From: Selaginella moellendorffii
Taxonomy: Eukaryota; Plantae; Lycopodiophyta
Reading direction: 5' to 3'
Assembly: GCF_000143415.4 (NCBI RefSeq)
Contig: NW_003314267.1
Coordinates: 641,394-705,393 of the forward strand
DNA: 64,000 nucleotides
Both the position numbers and the translations under genes were made by a program. Shown one piece after another: positions 12,035-24,876 of this stretch (positions are counted from its first letter, which is position 1; the number at the start of each line of letters is the position of its first letter). Below the pieces are notes generated by a model. It was not told the origin of the DNA. It saw only the letters and a list, made by a program, of their open reading frames with translations, and did not search any database.

Positions 12035-14584
12035 CTTTTATTATAATTTATGGTTCGCCACTAGTAATAGGGTGTTCTTAAGTAATTTCATCAAGTAATC
12101 CTTGTTTATTTCTATTGCTCACAAGATTTCCCATAGGAGTAATGCAAACGAATTTATATAGCATAGTGTTTCTTGACTTTGGTTAAAGCAAAGACTTTGC
12201 TAAATCGAAGCAGTTAACAAATAGCTATAAACCTAATTGGATCTTGCAAGTTAAAAATTTTTCTTAGATGGGAAATATTTCTAGTAAGCAAGGAATTCTA
12301 CTATAGAGAGATTGGTGGTTGGGAATTGCATGTACATCTGATTGAGGGGTTCATTAGGTCCTTAGATCTCTCCAATGCTCCTATTAACTTCTTGTTTTCA
12401 CATTTTTGGAAGAGCTCGTTATGTAGTTGGCTATATGGCATAATATCTATGGGTGATGTGGGCCAACTAGGGCAAGTTCCTTTATTGGTATTAAAGGGTA
12501 GTAGAATATTGTATATCCTGATATTTTGTCATATAGGGAGTGATAAAATAGAAGGATTTGTTATCTTTCCTAGGAATAGGAAGAGGATCTATAAGATTCT
12601 TGGGAAGGAGTATCTTGTTGCATGGCGGGAGGGAGCTCAATTCTTAGTTCTTGGAGGAAACTTAAGCAATGCACCTAGGCAAACATTGATAATGAAGAAC
12701 AAGCCAAAGAAGAAGCAACAAGAAGATTCTATCTAACTTCTAATATACTTATGGTAGAAGTTATAGTGGCATCATCATCAGTAGCAACCACACTAGGAGC
12801 TAAGTTGCCAAAAGCTTTTGGAGAAATAACAAGGACCTCCTCAACTTTCTAAAAGCTACTAAGAAGGCTTTAAATGATCATAAAGGGTGGTTGAGGTGTT
12901 GGATTTTTCAATAAGGAAGAATTTTGAAATTAGGGATTTGTAGTGAAGCAAGAGGAACTATTATGTGATGATTTCACCTCCGTCCATATAGATAGAAAGC
13001 CTTATAAAGGAAGAGGGCCTTGATTCCAACCAGCATTTGGCAAAGGAGGTCCAAGATGAAATAATTTCATAATGCCATAATAGGAAGTTCTTTCAAGTAT
13101 AAATGAATAGAATTGTGAAGGTTATTTAAAATTTGGTTATGGAAGTGGATGTAATAACTGTGGGGGAAAAAGATTATAGTCTCCACCATCATGTCATCCA
13201 AGAAGTTTCAGTAATGAGGATGTTAAAGGCCCAAGGGCATACATAAAGAAGACACAACTAAGAGGTGAGATATTTGCCTTAGGGACCAATCAACATGTGA
13301 TTGAGGGGGTGAGGGGATTGAGGGATGTTTCTAGACCCCATGATAGGGGAACTTTTATTTTTTTTGGAGTGCAAAATAATTAAGCTATATAAATACTTGA
13401 ATGTTCACTAAAAAGAAGATCTTTATATCCTAATTGCCTATAATTCTATATTTGGAGCATCTACTTATAAAGGACCATTGATACATCTTTTTAGATGTCT
13501 AGAGGGTTAAAAGGTCTTGCTACACCATGCAAATGAGATGCCACTATCTCTAGCAAGTTTAAATTGCCTAGCTTCAAAGAAGATGGCAAATCAGATGAGA
13601 ATCAAGATTGGTTGGCAACTGTTTTATAACAAAATAGGTGAATGGCTAGTCAGCTTACAATATTTTGCTATAAGTTGGAAGTGTAATGTCCACTAGACCA
13701 GCTAGAGTTTGGTGGAATTCCTCAAAAGAAGAGTTCCTAGGGCATCTAAAGGGATACAAAATTATGTTTAACTAGTTTGAACAAAAGTTTGGAGATCAAT
13801 TTTTTAATTTAGATAGTCAAAGACTCTTGCATGAGCTTGCCATGGTGACTTAGAAAGATAGTAAGATATTCCAGACTTTTGTAGATGCCTTGAATCAGCT
13901 TGTAGTGTAATTGGGACAATCCATAGTCACTAATTAGTGTCTTAAAGAGTATTTCATAGAGGGATTGAAAACGTTCATATACACAATAGTGATATAGACA
14001 ATTGAGTTTGTTTATGGTTGAAAGGTTAAGGCATTGTGAGATTTTAGTACTGACTAGTTTGTCCTTAACTATGAGGTTGTGAAGCACCTCAAGTTGAAGC
14101 ATTTGGTGGAGCTCAATGGTTATTGGTTTGAGTGGTGAACCTATGTATACCTTGGGCCTCATTTGGGACTTGCCAATTTAGATTGGGATGAAAGAAATCT
14201 TAGTCACTATGGTTATCAATCACTAGGCTACTACTTGAGTTGAAGGCTCATTTACACTTGAATATGTACTTGAAGCCTTATAAAAGAATATTTCGATTCT
14301 TTGGTAGTGAAGGGGAGAAGCTCTAGGTCCCAATGACAATCCATATGGACTATAACATATAGGGGTGGAAAATCTATCTAACTAATAGGTTGATGAGGTT
14401 TTCTCTAATGGAAAAGGCATTTTGTAGAATGCAACCAAATCTTTAGTGGAAGCATCAGTGGAAGAGATAGTTGCATACGGTGGATATTGTGGAAAGAAAG
14501 CATTAAAATTATGGATTAGGAAGAAGTAGGCAATCTTTGAGAAGGGTGTCAAGACGGCTACTGAAGAGGATGAGATGCTAAGAT
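12035..14584. repeat. Degenerate AT-rich TE-derived sequence, paralogous to ~32500-33930; host of family A copy 2
   Basis: Alignable blocks, e.g. 12880-13250 vs 33375-33745. Empty-site context gatgagatgcta..tccc at 33891-33930. Confidence 0.6.
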
Positions 14585-14956
14585 TGTCAAGACCCCCAAC
14601 AAGATCAAGACTGAAAAATGCAAAAGACAAAGAGAAAAACTAGTGAATAACAAAGAAGAGGCCTTAGACTGGTGTTGATTCAGATTGTGGAGAAATGGAA
14701 CAAGGCTAACCTATATATACTATAGGTTGATGAAGCTCCACCACTTTTGGATCGAGGACGGCCCAAATATAGTTGAGGTTGAGGAGGCGCCACATCATCA
14801 TCAGGAATGTGGCTCGAGACTTAGGAATCGTACGGGAAATCAAGAGTCAGGAATAGGGAAGTGTCTCAAGAGTCAGGAATGTGGTCTGCAGGTCAGGAAT
14901 CCGGTGAGAGTCAGGAATGTGGCAAGAATTGGGGGATTCCTGACAGCACCCCCTCC

Positions 14957-17900
14957 TCAAGAACGAGTGGAACGAGGACGTGAATGAGAACGAGGAGGAG
15001 GATGAGATGGGCGGCGAGGGACGGGAGATGGAGAAAAAGAATGAGGACTGGGACGAGAAGGATAGCGGCGGTGGAAGTCCTGAACAAGGTCAGAAGAATG
15101 AATCAGGTTGTTCGCAGGTTCCCAAGTGCGTTCTTTAGGTCCATAACCCTTCCAGTCGACCAGATAGTAGAGTTTAGACCGTGAGATCTTGGAATCAAGG
15201 ATGTCCTGAACCTCGTACTCAGACCCATCCTCGAGCTGCACTGGTGGAGGCGGAGGAATGACCCGATTTGGAATAGGATTGGGAATATAAGGCTCAAAGA
15301 GGGAGGAGTGAAAAACGGGGTGAATTTGATATGAGGAGGGAAGTGCAAGGCGATAAATGATAGGATTAATGATGGCAGTGATAGGGAAAGGACCGAGGCA
15401 TTTGAAATCAAGTTTGGGACATGGCCTGGTAGTGGAGATATTTCGCCTGAGGAGCCAGACTTTATCCCCAATATTGTAAGGGGGACAATCCTGACGATGG
15501 ACATTGGCAAATGTTTTGTGAGATTCCTGAGCACGATGGAGGTGGAAGGAGATGGAGTTGTGGATTTCCTGGAGGTTGGAGACAAATGTCTCAGAGCGGG
15601 GATTAGAATGAGAGGATTCAGGTGGAGAAGGAAGTGAGAGATTGAATCGGGGATTTCGGCCAGAGTTCGCAAAGAAGGGGGAAACTCGAAGAGAGGAGTG
15701 AACAGAGTTGTTATAGGAGAACTCAGCAAGGGGAAGGATATCGAACCAGTCATCCTGATGATAGTTGATGAAGCACCTCAGGAAGTGTTCCAACGTCTGA
15801 ATCGTTCGCTCGGACTGTCCATCAGTTTGAGGATGATACGCCGAAAAGAGGTTGGCCTTCACTCCAAGCAACTGCAGAAACCGTTGCCAGAAATGAGAGA
15901 TGAACTGAGGTCCCCGATCCGAAACCACATCTGCAGGAATCCCATGAAATCGGAAAATTTCCCTGAATACCAGTTTTGCCATGTCCTCGCCTGAAAACTC
16001 CTTGGTACACGGTAGGAAGTGTGCCATCTTTGTGAAGCAATCCACCACGACTAAAATGCTGTTGAAGCCTCCAGAACTTGGGAGATCACTCAAGAAATCC
16101 ATAGAGATGGATTCCCAAGGACTTTAAGGGACCGGGAGGGAACGAAGCAAACTTGAAGGAAGGTGGCGAGGTACCTTATTTCGGGCGCAAGTGTCACAGG
16201 AGGTAACAAAAGCTTTGATGTAGTCGTCCATGTGAGGCCACCAAAAGTCTCGTGCAACCAGCTCATAGGTTTTTGCAATGCCGAAGTGACCAGCAGTCGG
16301 GCTATCGTGGCACGCCATCAGGACCAACCGTCGAGCATCACCTTCAGGAACATAAAGCTGCTCCCCACGGTACAACAAGCCATCTAAGAACTCGAACTCG
16401 TCAAATCGCCAGCAATCGGGAGTCACTGGGTGTCCAGCCTGAAGATGGGGGAAAATGTCTCTGGTGAGGTCATCCTATTGAAGATTGTTTCTGATCGCAT
16501 CCATCAAGGAGGAGTCCTGAGGGGCCAGGGAAATTGCCATAACTTGAAGCCGATCAGGACCAAGGATAACTTGATCTTGTTGATCGAAGGCAGGATTACT
16601 AGGCTTGAGACTGAGATAGGAGCGCCTTGAAAGAGCATCAGGAAGGCCTTGAAGCTTTTCAGGTCTGTACTTGATAACAAAGTCAAACCAACTTAGGAAT
16701 TGTGCCCACCTTGCTTGACGACGGCTCAAAACTCGGGAAGTGGCAAAGTACTCGAGATTTTTGTGATCCGTCCAGACTGTTGTTTGATGGCCTGCCACCT
16801 CCAAGAAACGGCGCCACTATCCAAAGGAATCCACGATGGCAAGGAGCTCCTTGTCGTGGATTTCGTAATTGATCTCTGCAGGCTGGAATTTCCGAGAATG
16901 GAAAGCAACCGGATGAAGTTCTTGATCCGCTCCGAGTTGAGACAGCACAGCACCGATGGCAAAGTCAGAGGCGTCAGCCTCGATGAAGAAAGGTTGTGAG
17001 GGATCAGCATGGATCAAAACGGGAGCAGAACTGAAGGCCCCCTTGAGTGTGTCGAAGGCCTATTGGGCAGCAGCAGCAGACCAAGAGAAGGGAACATCCT
17101 TGCGAGTGAGATGTGTGAGAGGAAGGACAATGTCAGAGTATTGATCAATGAATTTGCGGTAGAAGTTGGCGAAGCCAAGGAAAACCTGAACGTCTGACAT
17201 TGATTGTGGAGGCTCCCATTTGAGAATAGTCTTAACTTTGGCAGGATCCATCGTGATACCCTCAGGAGTGACAATGTACCCAAGGAACTCCACAGACTGT
17301 TGATCGAAGGAACATTTCTCAAGCTTCGCGTATAGGCTGTGTTCTCGCAGCTTCGCCAGCACCTTGCGTACATGTTCATTGTGCTCCTCTTGAGTTTTCG
17401 AGTAGATGAGGATGTCATCGAGGTAGACGATCACCATCTGATCAAGAAACTCCCGAAAGACGTCGTTTGCCATGTGTTGGAAAACTGCTGGAGCATTTGT
17501 CAAGCCAAATGGCATGACAGTGTACTCGAAGTGGCCATAGCGGGTTCGGAACGCAGTCTTCCATTCATCACCAAGCTGGATCCGGATCAAGTTGTATGCT
17601 CCACGAAGGTCAATCTTAGTGAAGAAGCGGGCACCGCCGAGGCGTTCCAATAGGTCTGAGAGCAAGGGCAGCGGATAACGGTTCCAAACAGTCACCTTGT
17701 TCAAACCTCGGTAGTCGATGACTAGCCACAAACTCCCATCCTTCTTCTTGACAAAGAAGACAGGCGCTCCAGCCGGGGACTGCAAATGCTGAATATACCC
17801 CAAGGCAAGGTTCTCATCCACGTAATCTTTGAGGGCCTGAAGCTCGGACGGGGATAACCTGTAGATAACCCCCCACGGAGATGATGCTCCTTCCTGTAAA

Positions 17901-18733
17901 TCAATGGGACAGTCATAAGGCCAATGAACAGGCAGTACACTAGCTTTTTTCTTGTCAAACACATCCCCAAAATCATGATACTTCTCAGGAAGACTGATAG
18001 GAGAAACATGCAAAGCAAAAAGAAAAATAGGTTCTTCATGAAGAAGTTCTTGCATAGTGATTGTGGAGATAGGAAGAGGTGTATTACTAAATGGAATGAT
18101 GAGACAAGGATACTGTCCAGTGTAACATGGAAGAGAGGAAAAAGAAGAGGGTGAAAAATTCGTAGAGTCAGGAATAGATCCCCGATTTGAGTTTAGGGAA
18201 CTTTTCCTGATTCGGACTCGATGAACAGCAGGGGAAGCCCTGGAAGATGGTGATGTGGGAGGGACAAGCTGTAATTCCTTCCAACAGATCTGAGGCTGAT
18301 GTAATTGGAACCAAGGGAGGCCAAGCACCACAGAGGAGGACTTGCTGTTGATGATGTTGAAGGCAGTATCGGTGACGATGGACCCGATGTGTACTCGAAC
18401 GGGCAACGTTTCCCTAAGTCCAGAAGAGGGAGACACAAAATGCCTGCCAATACCTTCAACCCGCAGATCCCGTATGGTAGGAGAAAGAGAAACGTGATGT
18501 CGGGCAACAAAGTCCGTGTCCATGAAGCAGGAAGTTGCACCTGAGTCCAGTAGCGCCAGAGCCTTGAGTCCTGATTGTCCGGTGAAAGAAAGGAGACATG
18601 GGATGCAGAAGTTGTGGGAATTGGTGGTGACTTTGATGAAAGGTGGTGAGGAGCTTGATAAAGAAGAGAAGTGATTTTTATTCGGGGAGTCCAAACAGAC
18701 AGCTCCTACTTTGTTTGAACAAGATCGTTTCCC
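14957..18733 (-). pseudogene. pol: pol of family A copy 2 (PR-RT-RH-INT-chromodomain)
   Basis: [37 protein letters not shown] motif and chromodomain. Stops at 17060, 16817, 16475 and 16124. Confidence 0.93.
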
Positions 18734-19677
18734 GACTGCAACAAAGGTGGACTTTGAGGCAGAGTGAACTCGAGCAGTCGGGGAGGCTTTTTGGGACACA
18801 CAGTTGCTTTGTGATTAGGATCAGCACAGTAGAGGCAAAGATTATGAGATATTCGACGTTGCTTCTCAGCAGGACTCAACTTCCCTCTAATGAGTCGGGG
18901 AGTACCAGAAATATCCATCGGGACCAAAGCAGTAGGTTCAGGAGTATGCCCTGAAGACTCAAGCTAGGATTCCTGAGTCTGGGACGGGAAAATGGCGGCA
19001 CGGCGACTTTCCTGACGACGTTCAAAGAGACGATTGTTGCATCGAATAGCTTTGTTGATGGCGTCTGACAAGTCCGTGGGATCCTCCATGGTGAGCAACA
19101 AATCCTTGACACCGTTGTTGAGGCCGAAACGAAATTGATCAATTAGGGCCCGCTCATCCCACTGAGTGTCCAAGGCAAGGAGTTGGAACTTTGCAGCATA
19201 GATCAAGGCAGGACGAGACCCTTGAGAGAGACGTCTCATCTTTGTGGTGGCAGCCCGAACCCGATCCGTCTCGCCAAAACATACTTCGAGCTTCTCTTTG
19301 AACAATTGAAGATCCATCAGCTCCAGAACCACGACCCCTTTCATGCTCTTCTCCAGGAGAGGAGAAAACCATGACAAAGTTGCACCTTCGAGCAACGTCC
19401 CAATCACACCGATTTGAGACTCGGGAGTGGGGTACCGCCGATGTTGAAGTGCGAAGATCAACTCCATCTGGTTCAGGAATCCGCGAAGCTCCGAACGTTT
19501 CCTTGAAAATTTCACCGGGAAACTCACCTTCGGTTCAGGAACTTTGCTGGATCCTTGAGCTGAAAGTGAAGCAAGATCCTGCTACATGCAAAGAAGGGTT
19601 GCCTTCAACTCGGTATTCTCAAACTGGATTTTTGCAAGGACTTCAGCAAAGAAATCAGGATGGCTTGGAGAATCCAT
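18706..19677 (-). pseudogene. gag: gag of family A copy 2 with CX2CX4HX4C knuckle
   Basis: CLYCADPNHKATVC. In-frame TAG at 18964 plus a further stop near the N-terminus. Confidence 0.87.
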
Positions 19678-20199
19678 TGGAAAAGAAGAAAGAAAAAAGG
19701 GGGAAAAAAGGGGGAAAAAAGGCAAAGGCAATCAAACAATCAAAACGAGTTAAAGCAAAAAACAAAAAAAACACAATCTAAATCAAGCTGTCAAGACCCC
19801 CAACAAGATCAAGACTGGAAAATGCAAAAGACAAAGAGAAAAACTAGTGAATAACAAAGAAGAGGCCTTAGATTGATGTTGATTCAGATTGTGGAGAAAT
19901 GGAACAAGGCTAACCTATATATACTATAGGTTGATAAAGCTCCACCACTCTTGGATCGAGGACGGCCCAAATATAGTTGAGGTTGAGGAGGCGCCATATC
20001 ATCATCAGGAATGTGGCTCGAGACCCAGGAATCGTACGGGAAATCGAGAGTCAGGAATAGGGAAGTGTCTCGAGAGTCAGGAATAGGGAAGTGTCTCGAG
20101 AGTCAGGAATGTGGTCTGCAAGTCAGGAATTCAGCGAGAGTCAGGAATGTGGCAAGAATTGGGGGATTCCTGACAAAGAATCCCATTGAATGTGAAATT

Positions 20200-21830
20200 T
20201 AGGGAGTCAAGACAAAAGATGCATATCCTATGCCTCAGATTGATACAATCTAGATCAAATGGGGCAATCATGAGTCTTCTCTATCATTGATCTTCACTTG
20301 GCCTACTAGCAGATTGGTCTCACATGGGACAGCCAAAAGAAGACTATATTTGTCATGCTTGTTTGATGGAAAGCACATGGGAAATGATTTCCTGGCACAA
20401 GTTAGTATTCCAGCAGATGGGATGGGAGTTGAATGTTACTTCCTTGGTCAAGCACTGGATTGAGATTGTAGATGTAACTCTAATAAAGAAATATGTATAT
20501 TGGTACTTTGAGGTGAAGACTAAAACAACTAAGCATAGTGTGGACTCTATGCTGCTATCAAGAGTGATAGAGCCATTAGTCTCTCCATGGTGTGTTCCCA
20601 TAATGTTTGCACCTAAGTAAAATAGAAGTTTTTGGTTGTGTATCAACTACAAGCTATTAAACGATGTCATAACAAAAGATATGCATCATATGCCTCAAAT
20701 TAACATGCTGCTAGATTGAGTGGGGCAGTCTCAAATCTTCTCCATCATTGATTTTCAATCAACCTACTAGTAGGTAAGTCTCATATTGGACATACATAAA
20801 TAAGGTCTCTTTCAGTTCTTTTGGGTGCCTTTTAGTTCGTCAAATCCACCTACTCCACTCCGATTGAAAGAGGCCATTGAAGTAAGTTCATGGTTCTTTA
20901 AGGATGTGGTTTTCTAGTATGGGGCACTGGCAAAAGTTTTATCAGACAACAACAAAGAATTTGCTGGTGAGTTTGAGGCCAACTTAAAGATAGAAGGGAT
21001 TTAGTACTCAGTTTATTAGCCCAAGGCAAATGGATTGGCTAAAACTTTTGTTAGAACACTCACTAAAACATCAAATCACATATATAGGGAAATAGTGCTA
21101 AAAACTAGGTGTAAACAACCAAAGGGAACAACTCAAGAGATGATATATAGGGGTTCAAATATAAAGGGAAAGGGCCTATGAATAAGAGTGCTCCCCCTTT
21201 TCCAATTGGTTGAGGGTCTTGGGATATTTGGGATTAAATGTCCTTTGGGTTTGAATAGTATTGGGTTGGGTGACCTCTTGAGAAGTCCAAATTCAAGAGT
21301 TTACACTAAGAAAATAATACTACGCTGGGTTACCTCCTGAAAAGTCCAAATTCGGGAGTTTACACTAGGAGGAAGTGATTCCTTATGCTTGCTAATGTAA
21401 AAATTGACAAGGTAGGCGAGCATTAGGATGAGTCCATAAAAGACCCTCCTTGGATACCCCATGACTCTGCCTATGGAATCTAGCAAGGATGCACAACTCT
21501 TGTTAGAAAATTATTGACAAAAATCTAGACTAGAATAATTTGGCATATAAGAGCAAATTGATCCAAGACAATACAAGCAGCCCAGTAAATCCATGTTAAG
21601 AGGTATGCTTAAAGGCATGATAATCTAAATACAAAAGTAGCATCATTTAACGTAGATGAGGTGGTGTATGCCTAGGACAAGAACATAAGGAAGAAGAAGT
21701 TGGTATATAGTATCATGGGACCTTATAGAGTGGTAGGGTAGTGTTTGACTCATCCTAACACCTTGATTCTATAGGAGGCACCACCAAAGGATCCTCCAAA
21801 GTTCATTTCATGCCACCAATCATTTGTGTT
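20200..21830 (+). pseudogene. Family C relic: RT fragments and non-chromovirus gypsy-type integrase
   Basis: SPWCVPIMFAPK..FWLCINYKLLN (RT). YGALAKVLSDNNKEFAGEF..ANGLAKTFVRTL (INT core). IMGPYRVV (GPY motif). Many stops. Confidence 0.7.
21110..21364 (+). mobile_element. Family E Cassandra-like solo LTR (21110-21305) with a duplicated 3' end
   Basis: TGTAAAC...TTACA ends. TSD CTAGG at 21105-21109 and 21365-21369. 5S-like ..AATAGTATTGGGTTGGGTGACCTCTTGAGAAGTCC. Confidence 0.85.
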
Positions 21831-22902
21831 TAGAAAGGTTGATCATGGTTTGTAGTGGCAAACCAGGGAAGGAAATGTGTAAAAGGTATGTTGTAGGGGG
21901 GGGAGAGTGAAAAAAAAAGAAAACAAAGATAAAGAAAGAGATAACAAAAAAGAGAAAAAAAATGAAAAGTGAGAGAAAAAGGAAAAAGAAGAAAACAAAG
22001 TGAAAGTGACTTTGCATTCCCTATATTAGAAGTTTAGCAAAATCTAATTTAGGTGGAAGTCCTCTCAAGGATTTTGGTATAAGCAGAAATGGTTAAGTCT
22101 CAAGCAATTGTCTAAATTGGTTTAGATCAATGGCCTAACTTAAGTGGCATGAAGAGTGCAACCTTAGGGTATCTTGGTGAGAAAGTGGAGCTTGGGTGAC
22201 TTGGAGTGTTTTAGTGAGTGATGGGCAAGAATCGAGATGGGCTACCACCCCTTTTGCCATCATCACTTAAGAAGGAGGGTGTGGTCATCCTCACCATCCT
22301 CCCATGGCGAGTAAGCAAGGATCTACAGCTATAGAGCAAGTGGACTCCATTAGTGCAAGACTCGTGTAGTAGAGAGGAGCTAGGAAGAAGGTGTCTCTAT
22401 TTAAGAGAGGTAGGATTAGAGTCAATTTCACTCAAGAAGAGAGTGGCAAGCCAAGCACAAAAAGGACTATGCCAATGATGGAGGAAGCAATGTGAGCATT
22501 TGGAGTCTACCCAATGAGTAATAAGGGACATTATGAAAGCTTTGCAATACAAGAGATTGGTTGGATTGAAAATCCAAGTGCGATTGACAACTTGTTCCAA
22601 GTCAAGGGTGGTCTATAAATACAAGTTAAGAAGGGAGTGGTGCTAGAGAATGTTCATGCTATCTAGACACTACTAAGTTAGTAGGACATCATGTCGGAAG
22701 ACATTGTAACAATACAAAAGCAATCAATATAGAGGATTCAGTTTGAAAATGTGCTTAGCATAGATATTCCTTTCACACTTGAGCTTTTAGAGTGACATTA
22801 CTATCTTTTGAAGAAGGGATGATTGTAGATGTGGAGGATCATGAGTAGGGCACAATAAAGAGTAGTTAGCTAAGAGTAAAAGTCAAAGGAAAGTGATGAT
22901 TT

Positions 22903-23202
22903 TGTAAACTCCGCTCTCTTGACACCCTACCCCTCAAGTCAAGCCCAGCCAGAGCATACTAAACCCTTGCCAAATGTCAATCAACATATGGTATGATTTC
23001 CTTAGCCAACTAACAGAGTCGGACCCAAGACCGCTTTAATACCAAATATAAGCTCTTATTCAAACTCAAGGACACTTAACCCTAAATATCCTAAAACTCT
23101 TAACCAATTGAAAAAAAGGGTGCACTCTTGTTCATGGGCCGTTTCTCTCTATATTTGACTCTTATGGATTGTCTCTTAAGTCGTTCCTTTTGGTTTTTTA
23201 CA
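22903..23202 (-). mobile_element. Family E TRIM fragment (deleted LTR, PBS and internal region)
   Basis: LTR ~23048-23202. PBS-like TGGTATTAAAGC at ~23033-23044. Internal part matches 46765-46875. Confidence 0.7.
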
Positions 23203-24297
23203 TCTTCACTTTCCATTCAAGATGTCATCACCAATTTTATATATAGATGTTTCTAGTATGACAACAATAAATTGGGCTTTAGTTATAAGGATCTACCACC
23301 GGAGCTACTAAGTATGATTGAGTGGTTGTTAGCAATTTAAGATCAAGTTGGATTGGAGTCAAATTATGGATCAATGGCTGCATATGGTTGTGATGTTTAA
23401 GAGGCCAGAAATCTTTCTTCCACAAGCAACCCTATAGCAAATTTTGCAAGCATACTTAGAAATAGAGGCATTCCATCCTTAACTAATGATTTGGGGATAT
23501 AAGGAAGATGTGTTATTGCCTTGGGTATATGGAACTAAGTCATAGCAGCCCAAGTCCAATTGCGAGAGAGGTCTCTTGCTATGATTCAAGAGATGTGAGG
23601 GGAGCTGATGGAGTTAGCCACCAAAGAAAACCATATAGTAAGTCATTGATGTGTAGTAAATTTGAAGGTTATGCAACATTTGGTGAAGGTGCATGGACAA
23701 TGAGAGTTAGAATTTGAACAATTGATTATGGAGTTTAACACCTAATATGAAAAAAATTTGGTAAAGGTTTGGGAGAATAATTAAATCCTTGAGGAGATCC
23801 ATATATTGCAAAAGTTTGTGGTGTGGCAGCTTCAAACAACCATGAATGTAAGGAAGATAATTGAGGCAATCAAGTAGGCTAAATCCTCAATAGAAGAGTT
23901 GTAAAAAAAGACTTTACAACAACAAATAAGGATCTTATAGCTCAAGAAATAAGTTACAAAACTTGCTAGGAGGCATAGAAGGAAGTAGTAAGAGAAGAAG
24001 AGCTTAGGTAGGAATTTGAGGAGTTTGCCAAGGAGGAATTGGATCTAAGAGATGACTCAAAGGACACTATTAACAAGCTAAAAGGTAAAGATGATGATGT
24101 CTAAGAGGGTGTAGAGGTATTACTCAAGCTTGGGAAGATAACCAAAAAATGCAAAAGATGGGGTCACACTGAGCAAGTGGCAAAGATAAGGGTCAATGAA
24201 ATTAGCATCAAAAAGATGTTGGAACAGAGGAATTTAGGATGGGCTTAGAGATTTTATAGAATAGTAGGTATAGAAATCTTTTACTTCACCTCAGGGA

Positions 24298-24844
24298 TGT
24301 GAGACACAAAATCCCTAGGCCCCAAAGTGGAGCCGGAAGGGCGCCACATGGTAGTGGCCGAAGCGAGAGCCAAACGAGCGTAACACGTTTGGACCAAAAG
24401 CTCCGACTTGAAAAGTCAAGAGTGGGAGGGGAATTCCCAACGAAGTGCTCGAGGAACGAGTACGAAGCGAGCAAAAGGCAAGGCTCCAAAAAGGGACCCA
24501 AAAGGACCAACACATGACACGTGGGAGTGTCCGAGATGGAGTCCGAAGTGGAGTCTGAGGTGGACCCGAGTTGGAGTCCGAAGTGGAGTTCGAGATGGAC
24601 CCGAGATGGACCCGAAATGGAGTCCGAGATGGAGTCCGAGATGGACCCGAGATGGACCCGAGATGGAGTCCGAGATGGAGTCCGAGATGGAGTCCGAGAT
24701 GGAGTCCGAGATGGACCCGAGATGGAGTCCAAGATGGAGTCCGAGATGGACCCGAGATGGACCCGAGATGGAGTCCGAGATGGAGTCCGAGATGGAGTCC
24801 GAGATGGAGTCCGAGATGGAGTCCGAAGTCGAGACCGAGACCGG

Positions 24845-24876
<32 letters not shown>

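Larger units (their letters stand above)
14585..20175 (-). mobile_element. Ty3/gypsy chromovirus (Tcn1/Tf1-like), family A copy 2, full length but defective
   Basis: LTRs 14585-14945 (361 bp) and 19789-20175 (387 bp, with a 26-bp internal duplication), TG..CA ends. TSD AAGAT/AAGAA. PPT at 14946-14956. Confidence 0.96.

Noticed and set aside
6880-19374. Plus-strand ORFs conserved between the two family A copies
   Set aside because: They are antisense shadows of gag-pol, conserved only because the copies are nearly identical.
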